A model generated the notes under the pieces. It saw nothing but the letters and a program-made list of their open reading frames with translations, searched no databases and was not told the DNA's origin. A DNA stretch of 63,942 nt, filler included, from Aduncisulcus paluster (Eukaryota): assembly GCA_024181965.1 (NCBI GenBank). It is 7 parts of 7 records of this genome, joined end to end, with 100 filler letters (N's around TTAATTAATTAA, not from the genome) between each part and the next. Parts side by side here need not be neighbours in the genome. Positions count along the whole stretch, not along the records: positions 49,912 to 59,534 come from BQXS01010891.1; positions 59,635 to 63,942 come from BQXS01011029.1; 5 more parts are not named here. The stretch is one strand, 5' to 3'. Positions 49,812 through 61,498 of the stretch are shown here, piece after piece. A program made the position numbers and the translations under genes. The first letter of the stretch is position 1; the number at the start of each line of letters is the position of its first letter.

Positions 49812-49911
49812 NNNNNNNNNNNNNNNNNNNNNNNNNNNNNNNNNNNNNNNNNNNNTTAATTAATTAANNNNNNNNNNNNNNNNNNNNNNNNNNNNNNNNN
49901 NNNNNNNNNNN

Positions 49912-50825
49912 CATGCAAATCGGCTGAAAAATGGGAAGTCGTTAACTTTCTTGTAAATGATATCATTAGTCGTTTTGGTGTGCCAAGAGAGATCATTAGC
50001 GACCAAGGAAGACAGTATGCCAACTATTTATCTGATCATTTATTTGATACCTTCGGTATTGTCCATCATAGGACAACATCAGATCATCCTGAAGCCAATG
50101 GACGTGTGGAACGTGTGAATCGGGAGGTAAAGAGACACTTGATGGGATTTGTTTCAGAGCTCATCGAGAAGGATGAATGGGATTCTTGTCTTCCTCTCGT
50201 ACAAAACATTATAAACCACACTCCCCATTCTGCCATTGGATGTTCTCCCTCGGAGATGCTTTTTGGCGGAAGAAAATCAAGAAGTGTCATTGTTGATTGG
50301 CAAAACTCTCGGGAAACATCTCTTTCAGAATTGCCTGAGGCACACAAACATGTTGATGAATACGTGAAACAACTCACGGACAACATTGATGCTATGCACA
50401 GAAGAGCTAGATTCCTGCAAAAACGAGTCTATCCAGAAGCTGACCCCGATCTAACAAATGGTGATTGGATAATTCTTAAAAGGTTTCCTCCTCCAAAGAA
50501 ACTGCAGATGGCGTGGGAAGGACCCTTCCAAATCATTGCTAAAACTGCAGATCGGGAGTACACTGTCCGTTCTCCTTTGGGTGCCACACGAACAGTCCAC
50601 TCATCTGATATTAAGAAAGTTCCAGGTGTCGACGAGTCAGGTGCTTTAGATGCAATCGCTGTGGATCTTGGTCTTCGTCTCCCTCGTGAAGTGCTCAAAA
50701 AGAAAGGGAGAGGAAGAGGCTTACAATATCTTGTAAGATGGTATGGCCTCCCGGATAACAAAACTTCCTGGGTCCAAAAGAAAGACATCGAGCACTCAGA
50801 GGCATTCAGAGTCTTTTCATCTTAA
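49912..50825 (+). mobile_element. Ty3/Gypsy integrase (core, GPY/F, chromodomain), 5' partial
   Basis: RFGVPREIISDQGRQY, HPEANGRVERVN, NHTPHSAIGCSPSEMLFG, WEGPFQI; chromodomain QYLVRWYGLPDNKTSWVQKKDI. Confidence 0.92.
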
Positions 50826-50826
50826 A

Positions 50827-50950
50827 CTCTATTCTATTCTATTACATTCTATTCTATTCTATTACATTCTATTCTATTCTTTTACATTCTATTCTATTCT
50901 TTTACATTCTATTCTATTCTCTTATCTCGAACCTTCTATTCTATTCTATC
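50827..50950. repeat. Degenerate (CTATT)n microsatellite
   Basis: Read directly; about 20 units with TTACA interruptions. Confidence 0.9.
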
Positions 50951-51080
50951 TAATGTATTCTTGCAATCACCTATTATTCTACTCGTTAACATTCTTTTGA
51001 TATACTTCCTTTGTTTGATGTGGCTATTTCTGCCCACTATTATCTTCTCTCTTGTGATTGCTTCCTATTCTCTAATCTAA

Positions 51081-52649
51081 GGCTATATTATGGCAAACCA
51101 CCGGATAGTTTCGAAACAGGTCTGTTTTATTCGAATGTTGCGATGCTACCGGCATTACCGCCACCTACCGGTGATATTTTATTTTAATAAATTTGCTAGC
51201 CGTCTTCCATAAGGAAGTCAATAATAATATTATTATTGTTATACCCATACTTTTCAAAATTTTTTCCTTTTATAAAAACTTTGAAAATACTGCTTTCTAA
51301 GCGAACCCATATTTTTCTATTTTATTACTAGTAATCTCCAACTTATTTTCATTTATCATGCCTACCCACAAGAATTACAAACGTAAGGGTGAAAAGTGAA
51401 GTTGTCAGACAGGGAACAAGTATTATCAACAATGTTAAAACTGAGAACCGGCTGGGAATGTAATAAGATAGCCAGTTTACTCCATATTGCAAGATCAACT
51501 TTTTCAAGAACATTTGCACATGTTATTTTAATTATGGAAGAGCGATTAGTCCCGAAATTTATCACGAGACCCCCTATTCAGTCTTTGAGCACGGCAATTC
51601 ATGTTCCAAATGGAAAACTTATTGTTGACGGAACGATACAACACGTTTCACCACAGAGGTGTTATTGTTTCGGGGACAAAAAAGCATGGTTTAGTCATAA
51701 GCATCACAGCTATGGCATAAAATCCCAGGTTATTTGTGATGTGAAGGGCATAGCACGATTCGTCCATGCTGGATTTGTAGCATCGTTACATGACAAGACA
51801 TTATTTCTTGAACACGGAGATTATGATCTTGTTACGAGAGTATCTAAATGGTCACGTTATAATTGCCGATTCCGCGTATCATGGAATTGAATGTGGAGAT
51901 GATGGGTAAAAGCTGTATTTTCAGATCATATTTCCGGTCTCAGAGGAGATGAACGGAGAATTCAGCATGATATTAGTGCTGCTAGAATGATAATTGAGCA
52001 GTACTATGGTCGGTTGAAGCGTGTGTGGAAAATATTAACAAATACATGGAATCTTGATGCAGAACTTTATAGAGCCACATTTACAGTTTGTTGTGCGATT
52101 ACCAATCAATTAATTGAAATATCACCACTCCGGAGCGAAGAATATAAGTATCACCGAAAGGTCGAAATTAATTGGTTACAGAAGATGACAGATAAAGCCA
52201 AGAAAAGGCGGACTTCTCAGCAAATTTATAGAAATAGAACAAGTATGCAAGGTGAAATTCTCCAATTTGAAGTTGCCGAGGCTTCGAGTTCATTATTAAC
52301 ACTTTCGGGTGATAACGAATAAAAATTCCATTCTTCATAATAAAAAAATCAAAAAAATAACAAAAAAAAAAAAAATAATACTATTAATTATATTTCATCA
52401 ATACAGCACAGAAAAACATTATGGAACAGGTATGTCGTTTCGAAACAAGTCTGTCGTTTCGAAACAAACCATGTTGTTGCAAATAAATAGGGGTTGTTCA
52501 GGAACAAATATTTTTGTTTCGAATTTACTTTGTAGTTGCGTAACGCACCTAATATTTTTTTGATTTTATTAATTTGGTCGCTGTATTGAAAACATGATTT
52601 CGAAAATTGACGAATCAAATTACAGTTTTGCCCAATTCCAATATAGCTT
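51081..52649 (+). mobile_element. Harbinger/ISL2EU-type (DDE_Tnp_4) DNA transposon, frameshifted transposase 51358-52322
   Basis: HTH LSDREQVLSTMLKLRTG; LIVDGT; FSHKHHSYGIKSQV; SLHD; IADSAYHG (other frame); RMIIEQYYGRLKRVWKIL. Ends GCTATATT/AATATAGC, with TAA on the left and GTTTCGAAAC motifs near both ends. Boundaries are approximate. Confidence 0.75.
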
Positions 52650-52887
52650 CTTAAAGTTCCATTGAAAAAATTGCTGGAAGAGTGTTAACGGAGACCCCGG
52701 TACAAATAGCATTTTTGATTAGTATTTCTCTGACTTTATGTTTCTTTTTACGAAGAATTTCCGCTTTTTTATCTCTTAGTGTTGATTTTCTTAGTGTGGT
52801 GGCATGTTTTTCTGAGCATATATGATATGTAAGAGCTTCCATGCTTTTAAGTTGATTGATGAATCAAATTCGAAGTTTTCTTTGAAT

Positions 52888-53750
52888 TTAGGATCTTCTA
52901 TTAACATGTTTATTTAAACATACTATAGACAGAATTAGCTTATTAATTCTATTTGATATCATGGGATTTATATATTTAAAACGACTATTATATTTCATCA
53001 TTGAATTTAGCATGAGTGTATCTGTTAATTGAGATGATCTGGAGGGTCGATTTAAATTCTTAACTACACTAAAGAATCTCTCTAACGATGCCCCTGAGAT
53101 CGGAAGAATGGTCATTTGTCGAACAATTTGATATAATGCTGGATATTCTGTCTCGATGTCAACTTCACAGGGTTTCGATATACTTTCACAATACCTTCTT
53201 AAATCAACCGATTAATCTTCGGCAAGTGCAATCCCTGTTAAATAGATTCCTTCTCTTAAATACACAAACCTTAAATTTAGCGATTCTTTCCAGGTATGTG
53301 GTTGAAATGCAATTATACAAAAATATATCATGTACTCATTCTCGCACAAAAGATGTCCAGGATCATGCAATTCTGTATCACCTTGAATATCCAGTCCATC
53401 TTCCTCTTCAATCATTGAAACAATCGTTTCTTTCAATAAATTTAACTCATCGCATGTTTCATTTCCAAAATGATTGGATACAAACAATCTCCTGCCATCA
53501 CAAAGAATTTTTCTTTGAATATTAATGTCTTTCCGACGACTAATCGTTTGCAAGTTAAATCTAACTCACCAACAATTGCTTTTTATTGTTCCGTCAGCAA
53601 GAAATACCATTTGTTGTGAATTACGAATAAAGAGCATCGGGAATATTTGTTTTAACTTAAAAACAACATTTTCACTGATGATATTCACGTTAGTTTCTGT
53701 ATCTAACAACGCCTTGGCCTCGAACTGCAGATAGAACCATGTTTGATTTA
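52888..53750 (-). pseudogene. Decayed hAT transposase with dimerization domain
   Basis: MTILPISGASLERFFSVVK...RSSQ matches the hAT dimerization motif P.S.A..ER.FS; upstream ORFs are fragmented. Confidence 0.65.
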
Positions 53751-54277
53751 AAAGTTGAACTTGGAGATGCAGTCCCTCACCATTTTAACTTTATCGCTGG
53801 CCGATCTTTGCATGAGATAAGTCAGGTTTTTGTGGATTGATTTCACCAAATACAGCTTGATGTTTTCGCAGGATAGATTCTAATTCTGTGTCCAAGGGTT
53901 TTTCGACTACCTCAGGCTCTTCCTCAGGGTGCTATAATTCCTCCAGTCTTTGCAGGTCGAACACATCTATCGATTCATTCCCTATTACAACATCCTCAGG
54001 AAGAGTAAGCAGAACATGGTAACAGATTTCCAGGTTTAGTTATTTGATGATGTTTTGAACTCGTTACAATTTATTAAAAATATGGGTGGGCCACTGAAGG
54101 TCCTAAAAATAGAACATGAGAATATTAGATCGTATGGAAATTAGAAGTAAATATTATTAATTAATTATTAAACAATATTTACTTCTAATTATATTATATC
54201 GTATATAACAATGATCCTTTCTTCAGTTTAAACTATGTAAATACTCGAACTAATTGTTGGCATTCAACACCCTTTCA

Positions 54278-54520
54278 TCAGCCACTTTTACCGTAACGGG
54301 TTCTTTTTTTATAAAGACTCCTTGAGATTTCAGATTTTCGAATACCTCCTTGCTGATATAGTGTTTTTCCGGCTTCTGTGTCCATTAAAGCTGAGCGTTC
54401 TACTCCATTTATCTCTATCCTTTTCTTGAAATTCTGGCTAGCATATCTCATCCTCTTCTCCTGATTCTTTTTCTTTTCTTTCAGATTTGGATTGGTGACA
54501 TTAAACTTTAAAACAATCAA
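54278..54520 (-). pseudogene. Retropepsin-like protease fragment
   Basis: IEINGVERSALMDTEAG, a degenerate ALxDTGA. Confidence 0.45.
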
Positions 54521-55086
54521 AATTTATAAAGTTTAACAATAATTATTGTTAATTTCAAAGAAAATAAAATAAAATAATCTTTGGGCTAGCAATTTTTTTT
54601 TTTTTTTTTTTCAGATTCAATCAAATACAACACTGGTTTTTGAACGTCAGAGATTGTCATAGAGATCGAGCGATCAATTTTCTTGGCGTATATATGTTAA
54701 GAAGAAACTCAGGCCTAATGGTTCACAGACGAAGAAACAGCCTTCTATGGAATACATATGAAGGTACTACCTTATTTCTAGTAGAAATCTTTTGAAAAAA
54801 TGCTAAGCTGATGAAGTTAGAGCGTAAACAAGGTGCTAGCTCGTGATCGAACACCCACATCCACAAAATAATGTTCACATAAATCTCAAAAATAACGCTA
54901 TATTCATGGTCTTGAGCTGGAAGGAGGCCTCAAAAACAGTATTCTTCATAGGGCTAAAGATTGGCGGGGAGATAGAAAATAATATGGTGGAAAACTGCAG
55001 ATAACAATAAATCATACTACGATTTATTAATATAGTATATTGGATGTGACATTCTTTTTCAACTAAATTCTTATCAACTCGCACCA

Positions 55087-55284
55087 TTAACGGTCACGAT
55101 CAGATATTATTGATATTATAGATGATTTCTGTAATCCTATCCTGTCTATTTCCTCTTCAATCGCAGTTGTTAGAAATTCTGTTGGTTCTGGCATAACTTC
55201 ATGTATCATACTATGATACAGGATAGTATCCGAATAACACGCTAATCTGTTCTTTATATTTCTAACAATAAATCTTACAGTCAC
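55087..55284 (-). pseudogene. Probable hAT transposase fragment
   Basis: FLTTAIEEEIDRIGL..SIISIISDR resembles the hAT catalytic-region pattern (I..IvtD). Confidence 0.35.
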
Positions 55285-55605
55285 ATCTTTCTTTTTTGCA
55301 TAATCACTTTCTCTAAGGCTTGATTGTGTATTGTCGAATAAGCGAATAACAGCCTATGGTGACCTTTTTTCGAACTAATTCGATCGATAACATTCCCAAT
55401 TTATGTTCTACATCATATTAAGAAGATATTGGTAGCGGTACATATGTTTTTAGAGATCTAATATAATCTTGGATTTCTTTGTCTAACAATTTTGCTGCAC
55501 AGGGTAAAAATATCCAGGGTGGTAGTATTCTCTCACCAGATGCTTCACTGTAATACGACATCGGAGAGACAGAGTTGCTTGATTTTTATAGTTCTATCTT
55601 CTGGT

Positions 55606-56740
55606 TCATTGGTTTTGAGTTGTATGCCGACCATCCAGCAATCGTTTGGCGATCATTAATAAGGTCCTGTCCAATTCATCAATGTCAGTGACTCCATCAT
55701 CAATTAAGTCATAGAGTGGGCCACTCAATTTGCGAATGTATATGACCTTGACGTAGATTTTAGTGTCCGGAGCTGAGTCATACACTTCTAAAAATGAAGA
55801 ATTATACTTATGAATACAGTTTAAGTCATTCTTCCATTGAAATTCAATCTTCTTCAGACGTGCGAACAGTTCATCACCTGTGGATGGAGCCAGTTGTTTG
55901 CGCAATAGATCCATTAATGGAAGATCTCTGTCTTTGGCTTGTGAATAGAATCTAATAAGTCTGCACACTGTGGAAGAAAGGCATAATTCAATAGGTTTAG
56001 ATCCACCTTTTTGCATATAAGCTTTGTGGTGCCTTACAAACTTTTCATACTCGTGAATGTCTATTTTCTTAAGAACTGGGGGTTCTATTGATGTAGAAGA
56101 ATGATGAAATGGGTTTGTGGGGGATCGGGATGGAATAGAGAGGGTGGGAGGGTGACAGTGTCATCTGGAGTTTCAAGATCTTTTCTTAGCAGTTCCTTCT
56201 CAGGAGGAGGTTCTTCCTCTTCTTTTTCAAAGTCTCGCAGATGATGCTTGATAGGCATCTGTCCTACTTGAACCTCATTGGTCTGTTGGACCATGGACTT
56301 TACCATTTTCACTAGTGATTGGACGGAGCCTGTTAAATCGTTGATTTGTTTTTGCTGCTTCTCCAGGGATCCGAGATCGTTATCTCAGGTTGTCCCTGAC
56401 TCGCATTGGCTTTAGCGATCGGTGTTCTCGGGATCATGCTTTCCGAAAACAAAAGAATAAATATAAATCAAAATATATAGAAGAATATTGTCAGAATTTT
56501 AACAATAATTATTGTTAACCGATAAAAATATTAAATTTAGATCGGTGGCTAGCAAATTGATTCATTTGAGAGAATCAATTCGATTCCACAATAGATGGAT
56601 CTAGCCGCTGAATCTATAAGAGCAAATAAGTGAGCTTCACCCCCAAGAGCACGGTACTTCTGAAATTCTTTAGTAAAGTGTCGAAATAAGGGTTTTCCGA
56701 ATCCAAATAGTCTCGGAATCTTCAGAATATCCGTTTTCAT
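55606..56740 (-). pseudogene. Gag-like retrotransposon fragments
   Basis: Two fragments share F..F..Y...GG...L/I..L (YEKFVRHHKAYMQKGGSKPIELCL; FRHFTKEFQKYRALGGEAHLFALI). Located next to RT relics. Confidence 0.35.
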
Positions 56741-57196
56741 AACAATAATTCCACGAAAATAATTATTTTATAGTAGATCTACGGCATATTTATTGAATAA
56801 ATATTAAGAACGAATAAGATCTAAAAATAGAAATGAGAATATTCTATAAAATAGTCCTTAAGGGCTATTACACGCAGCTTCTTTCTTGATTTATAATAAG
56901 GGGACATTAAAATAGCATAATAAAAACATAAATTGCCTCGAGAAGGCGGGTCTATAAGAACAGCATCCTTAAACACTCGTTTTATATCTTTTCGATCAAA
57001 CTTTGAAGCTTTCAAAGCCATTGGAATTAATTCATGTTGTGAGATCGAGATTCTCAGTGGTCTATTTATAGATCACTGGGTCTCCTTCGTAATTGAATAA
57101 ATTGGCTTACAGAAAACTTTTATTCTCAGGACAATATCGATATTGAGTCTTTTATGAAAGCAAGTAAGGATAAACTTCATCCCAACCTGTTCTACT

Positions 57197-57421
57197 GTGT
57201 GTGAACCCCTATCCCGCCTCACATCCAAGGATATCGAGTTCCACTGGGATGAGGAACAAGAGAATGCCTTCAAAAAGCTAAAGGCCGCTCCCACTCTCGG
57301 ATTCCCAGCTCAGAGTGCTAAATTATCCCTCTTTATGGACGCTTCTGATGTTGGAGTTGGTGCTGTGCTGATACAGGAGACTGATGACAAGAAGAAGGTC
57401 CTTGCTTTCCTTTCGAAATAG
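57197..57421 (+). pseudogene. Gypsy RT-RNase H connection fragment
   Basis: PLSRLTSKDIEFHWDEEQENAFKKLK...LFMDASDVGVGAVLIQ. Confidence 0.85.
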
Positions 57422-57466
57422 CGAAACACTCTTTCTCGATCAGCTTCCATGCTCTTTGTGTTGCTG

Positions 57467-58501
57467 TTAACGTTTTTGAAATAAATCTAATGATACTCTT
57501 TCTCCGTCTGGTGCCTTTTGGAGTAGAACACCCCCGGTCCCATAATCAGAAGCGTCAGTATACAATTGTAACTCCGATTCTTTTGTCGGGAATGACAATG
57601 TGGGTGTATCACTCAGCTTTTGTTTTAACTTGCTGAAAGCGTCTTTGCATCTCTTATCCCAGGAAAAAGGAACATCTTTCCTTGTCAATTGAGAAATAAA
57701 GAACGTTAACTCAGAACAATCTCCAATATAATCTCGGCAGAAATTTATCATTCCCAAAAAGGAACACACCTGCTTCTTTGATTGTGGTGTCTTAATCTTC
57801 AATATGGATGTCACTCTTGAAGGACTCATTCTATTTCTTCCTTAGAAATCACGAATCCCAAATAATCAAGTTCTTTCACACCAAATGTGCATTTTCCCAC
57901 GTTAATTAAGAGTTTATATTCTTCTAGCCTATTGAATACCATCTTTAAGCTCATAATAAAGTCTTCATCATCTCTGCCCATAATTATTAGAATGTCGTCA
58001 ATGTATATAATGCATCTTTTCCCAATTAGGTCAGCAAAGATGTGTGTCATTGCCATCTGAAAGTGGCTCGGACCATTTTTCAACCCAAAAGGCAGCACAT
58101 TCCATTGGAAGACGCCAAAAGGGGTTTCAAATGCTGTCAAATACCTTTGGTCTTCTTTTATAGGAATTTGATGAAATCCACTGCTAAGGTCGATTCAGTC
58201 CAAAAACAGAATGACCCTCTAACTGGTCGATTAAGACATCAATCTGGGGAAGGGGAAATTTGAATCCAATTGTTATCACGTTCAATCTTCGATAGTGGAT
58301 ACACATCCGCCATTTGTTTTCCTTCTTTGGAACAATCACCAGAGGAGAGAATGCGGGTACTTTACATTCTACTATCTTCTTTTCTTTAGATAGGTTCCTT
58401 ATTTCTTCGCTAATGAAATTCATATGTTTTGGGGACACTCGTCTTCTTTCCAATGCAACGAATTTCTTCCCTTCTTCAATAATTGTTTCATATTCCTCCA
58501 T
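57467..58501 (-). pseudogene. Frameshifted Gypsy reverse transcriptase/RNase H
   Basis: SPLVIVPKKENKWRMCIHYRRLN; TAFETPFG..PFGLKNGP..FQ; YIDDIL; FLGMINFCR; LYTDASDYGTGGVLLQ. Confidence 0.92.
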
Positions 58502-59153
58502 TCCCCGACCAGGGGGAGGTCATCAGCCATCATCCTCATGTAATGGTCCGTTATCTCCAATATCGGTTCCTTTTAGGTGTCGATCGTTTGATCAATCCTA
58601 GAACCCTCTGATATTGAATCTTCGGACTCCACAGAACTGTTAATTATAAACATTTTAGATATTTTAATAATCAATCTCGATGAGTTATGATAGTTTTTTA
58701 AATTATTTTACTGTCTTGATCTTTTTCTTGACGATTAAAAGAAACTCTATAAAATCGAAGGATGGAAAATTAACATACATGTTAATTCCAATTCACTGAT
58801 AACCGGTAAAATACCGATTCACTCCTTCAAAAGGTTTTTCCGAAAAATCTTGTTTTTCGTTCGGTTTTATAATTATTTTCGACAAATTGATACATTCAAT
58901 CATAGGTTTCCATTTTTTTGAAATGCAATTTTCAAATAAATTCAAATGAAACTATTTATATTTTTAAATATCATAAAATAATAAATCATTTATTTTTGGC
59001 CCTACTTTGAAACAACTAATGTTTGGCTATTTTTAAATGTCTACTGTCAATTTTTCTTTTTTCTGATGTTCATATATAATATTAATGATAATTGGGCATA
59101 AGTCTTTATAATTTATAGAGTTAAATAGTTTGTATGATTCATTTTATTAATTA

Positions 59154-59534
59154 TTACAAAAGTTTTGTCTTAGAATTAAAAGTATAAAAAACGTTATTCA
59201 TGAGAGTTTCTACCGACTGGCTTGCGCGTAAAGGTGTATCATACCTCCGAACAATGCTGAACATTCGTTCAACGGATGCACCAGTCATTGGTAAGGTCTT
59301 ATAAATTTGGGATATTCGAACAAGCCAAAAATAGTCATTTTCAATACTTAAATTACAATTATCTTTCTTATTCTTGCAATACGATTTCAATTGTTCCTTT
59401 TCTTGTAATGATAAGACAATGTTTAAACATTTTGTGGAATAGATTAAATGTTGCTCGTTTATCTCGAAGTCTATACCTGGTAGAAATGCAATATATCCAT
59501 AGTAAATTGCTAAATTTCTTTGTAAAAGATTAAA
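59154..59534 (-). pseudogene. hAT transposase C-terminus (dimerization domain), 5' partial
   Basis: KTLPMTGASVERMFSIVRR...LRASQSVETL. Confidence 0.75.
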
Positions 59535-59634
59535 NNNNNNNNNNNNNNNNNNNNNNNNNNNNNNNNNNNNNNNNNNNNTTAATTAATTAANNNNNNNNNN
59601 NNNNNNNNNNNNNNNNNNNNNNNNNNNNNNNNNN

Positions 59635-59996
59635 TGAACAGCACATTCATTGATTCCAGAGAAAGGAATAGTTAGTACATAAAAAAGGTGGAGTTGGTTA
59701 TCGTATGTTTCATCGTCAGTTTCACCTTTTTTTGCAGCCAATGAGAAATAAGAGGTCCCTCTTTCGAGGATAGTAGTAATTGGTATGAGTATCAACGTGA
59801 CATATAAGAAAAAAATAAAGCGCTCAATGAGTAAGGAAGCACTTGAATCATTGTATATATTGAGAGAAATAGCTCTTTTCCTGATTTTACGAAAAACAGA
59901 TATTACAATGCTTAACACCACAATTGAAAGTACGATAGAAACTGGAGTGAGTATCATTGCAGTATTCGTTAAGGGATGATCATCTGAGTCTGTCAT
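59635..59996 (-). CDS. N-terminal part of a multi-pass membrane protein (3' partial)
   Basis: MTDSDDHP followed by three hydrophobic segments, running into the linker. Confidence 0.55.
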
Positions 59997-60220
59997 TATG
60001 TTAGTATGGATCAAGAAAAGCTTGAATTCGGTCTGGCAAAGTACGGCCCAATAAAATTTACTTAATATTGTTCTATTTTTCCCTAAAAATTCGAATTTAT
60101 ATTTGTTATTATATTTTTATCATGAAATGGAAAAAATTTGAAGGTTGAATTTTGAAAATGACCGTTTTGAACCATATTCTATAATTAAAGCAAAAATTAT
60201 TTCGTTATTGATTATATTTT

Positions 60221-61264
60221 ATGAATCCACGTGATAGACATATAGCCCAACACCCTACACAGCGGGAACTTCGTCCATATAATGAGACTCACATCCATTC
60301 CAGACCTATGCGTGGTCCGCATCAATATCAACCGACAAAAGGAAGGAGAACTGATCAGATTGGTGGAACACGTGGTCGGAGACCCCAAGGTCGTCAGCCT
60401 GCTGGTTTGCAAAGAACCAGAGGTCGCAGTGATGGTGGGGAATATCGGGGTCCATATCCAACCTCTCACTCAAAATATGGACCGAGAGTTCAGTCGCAAG
60501 CCTCCTATGAAGATTATGCTGATCAATCTGCTGTTTCCACTCCCATTGCTCCTTCAGCTGAAACTCCCGTTCAAAAACATTCTGTCCGTCCTCGTCCGCC
60601 TCAAGCAATTCAATACGCGCCCCTTGATTCTTCTTTGCCTCCGGAACTTGTTGATCTTGGAAAGGAGCCCTCCCCCGATATCGATACATCTGCCCTCTCC
60701 ATGCTCGTTCGTGATATTAGAGTTTCTCTTCTTGATGTTGGGGAAGCTCGGGAGGAAATGATAAAGGTTCTTGAGCGAGTGAAAGAAAGAGAGGAAATTC
60801 TTGCCACTCATGTTCGTGATCTCACATCTCTCTATCTCAAGGATGTGCAACAACTGAAGAGTCAAGTCTGTGTATATTATCAAAAGAGCAAACGGGCAAA
60901 TGAAGCCCTTGTTAGAGAAAGAGAAGCAAGGAAATATGCTGAGAATTTACTTCTGAAAGGAGCTGTAATATCTGTTTCTAAGGAAGAAAAAGAAAAATTA
61001 CAACATCAAGATAATGCACACAAAAGACAGCTATCGTCCGACCAACAATCCATAGAACATTCAGCGCTACGTGCATCTCTCCATGATATTCGTATTCCTG
61101 TTCAGAAAACTGATGTGTCTGATGAAACAAGCGATCGAATTGAAGAACAAGCAAAAAAGGTCCGAGAACTCGCTGAAGATGCTCGTCATGGAAAGGAGGA
61201 AGAAATATCGCCTGAACCCCCTTCCCCACGTGTTGAAACCACTGGAACAAAGGAATATGAATAA
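60221..61264 (+). CDS. Hypothetical coiled-coil protein
   Basis: Intact 347-aa ORF with disordered N-terminus and heptad-rich middle. Confidence 0.8.
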   Translation: MNPRDRHIAQHPTQRELRPYNETHIHSRPMRGPHQYQPTKGRRTDQIGGTRGRRPQGRQPAGLQRTRGRSDGGEYRGPYPTSHSKYGPRVQSQASYEDYADQSAVSTPIAPSAETPVQKHSVRPRPPQAIQYAPLDSSLPPELVDLGKEPSPDIDTSALSMLVRDIRVSLLDVGEAREEMIKVLERVKEREEILATHVRDLTSLYLKDVQQLKSQVCVYYQKSKRANEALVREREARKYAENLLLKGAVISVSKEEKEKLQHQDNAHKRQLSSDQQSIEHSALRASLHDIRIPVQKTDVSDETSDRIEEQAKKVRELAEDARHGKEEEISPEPPSPRVETTGTKEYE

Positions 61265-61498
61265 CTATATGTAAAAATATCTTGAAAAAGGGAAGTTTCT
61301 ACTAATCTAAATCGTTTTTTATAAATTTTCATTGCTTTACTGGTGTTCATAATGCTTGTTTTGGACATATTATTCTAAATCTTTAAAATTGAAATTCCTT
61401 TTATATATAATTGATAAAATAAATAGAAAATATAACAGAGTTAATATATATCAGGTATTATCATCAAATAACCATACAATCTCACTTCAAGACAAAAA

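Noticed and set aside
16159-59634. Recurrent TTAATTAATTAA between N runs as a biological repeat; gene adjacency across these linkers
   Set aside because: It is an identical 100-bp six-frame-stop linker added during assembly, so neighbourhoods across it are meaningless.
59991-60061. Intron ending ACTAACATAATGACAG on the - strand
   Set aside because: No upstream coding exon found; the ATG at 59996 explains the gene start.
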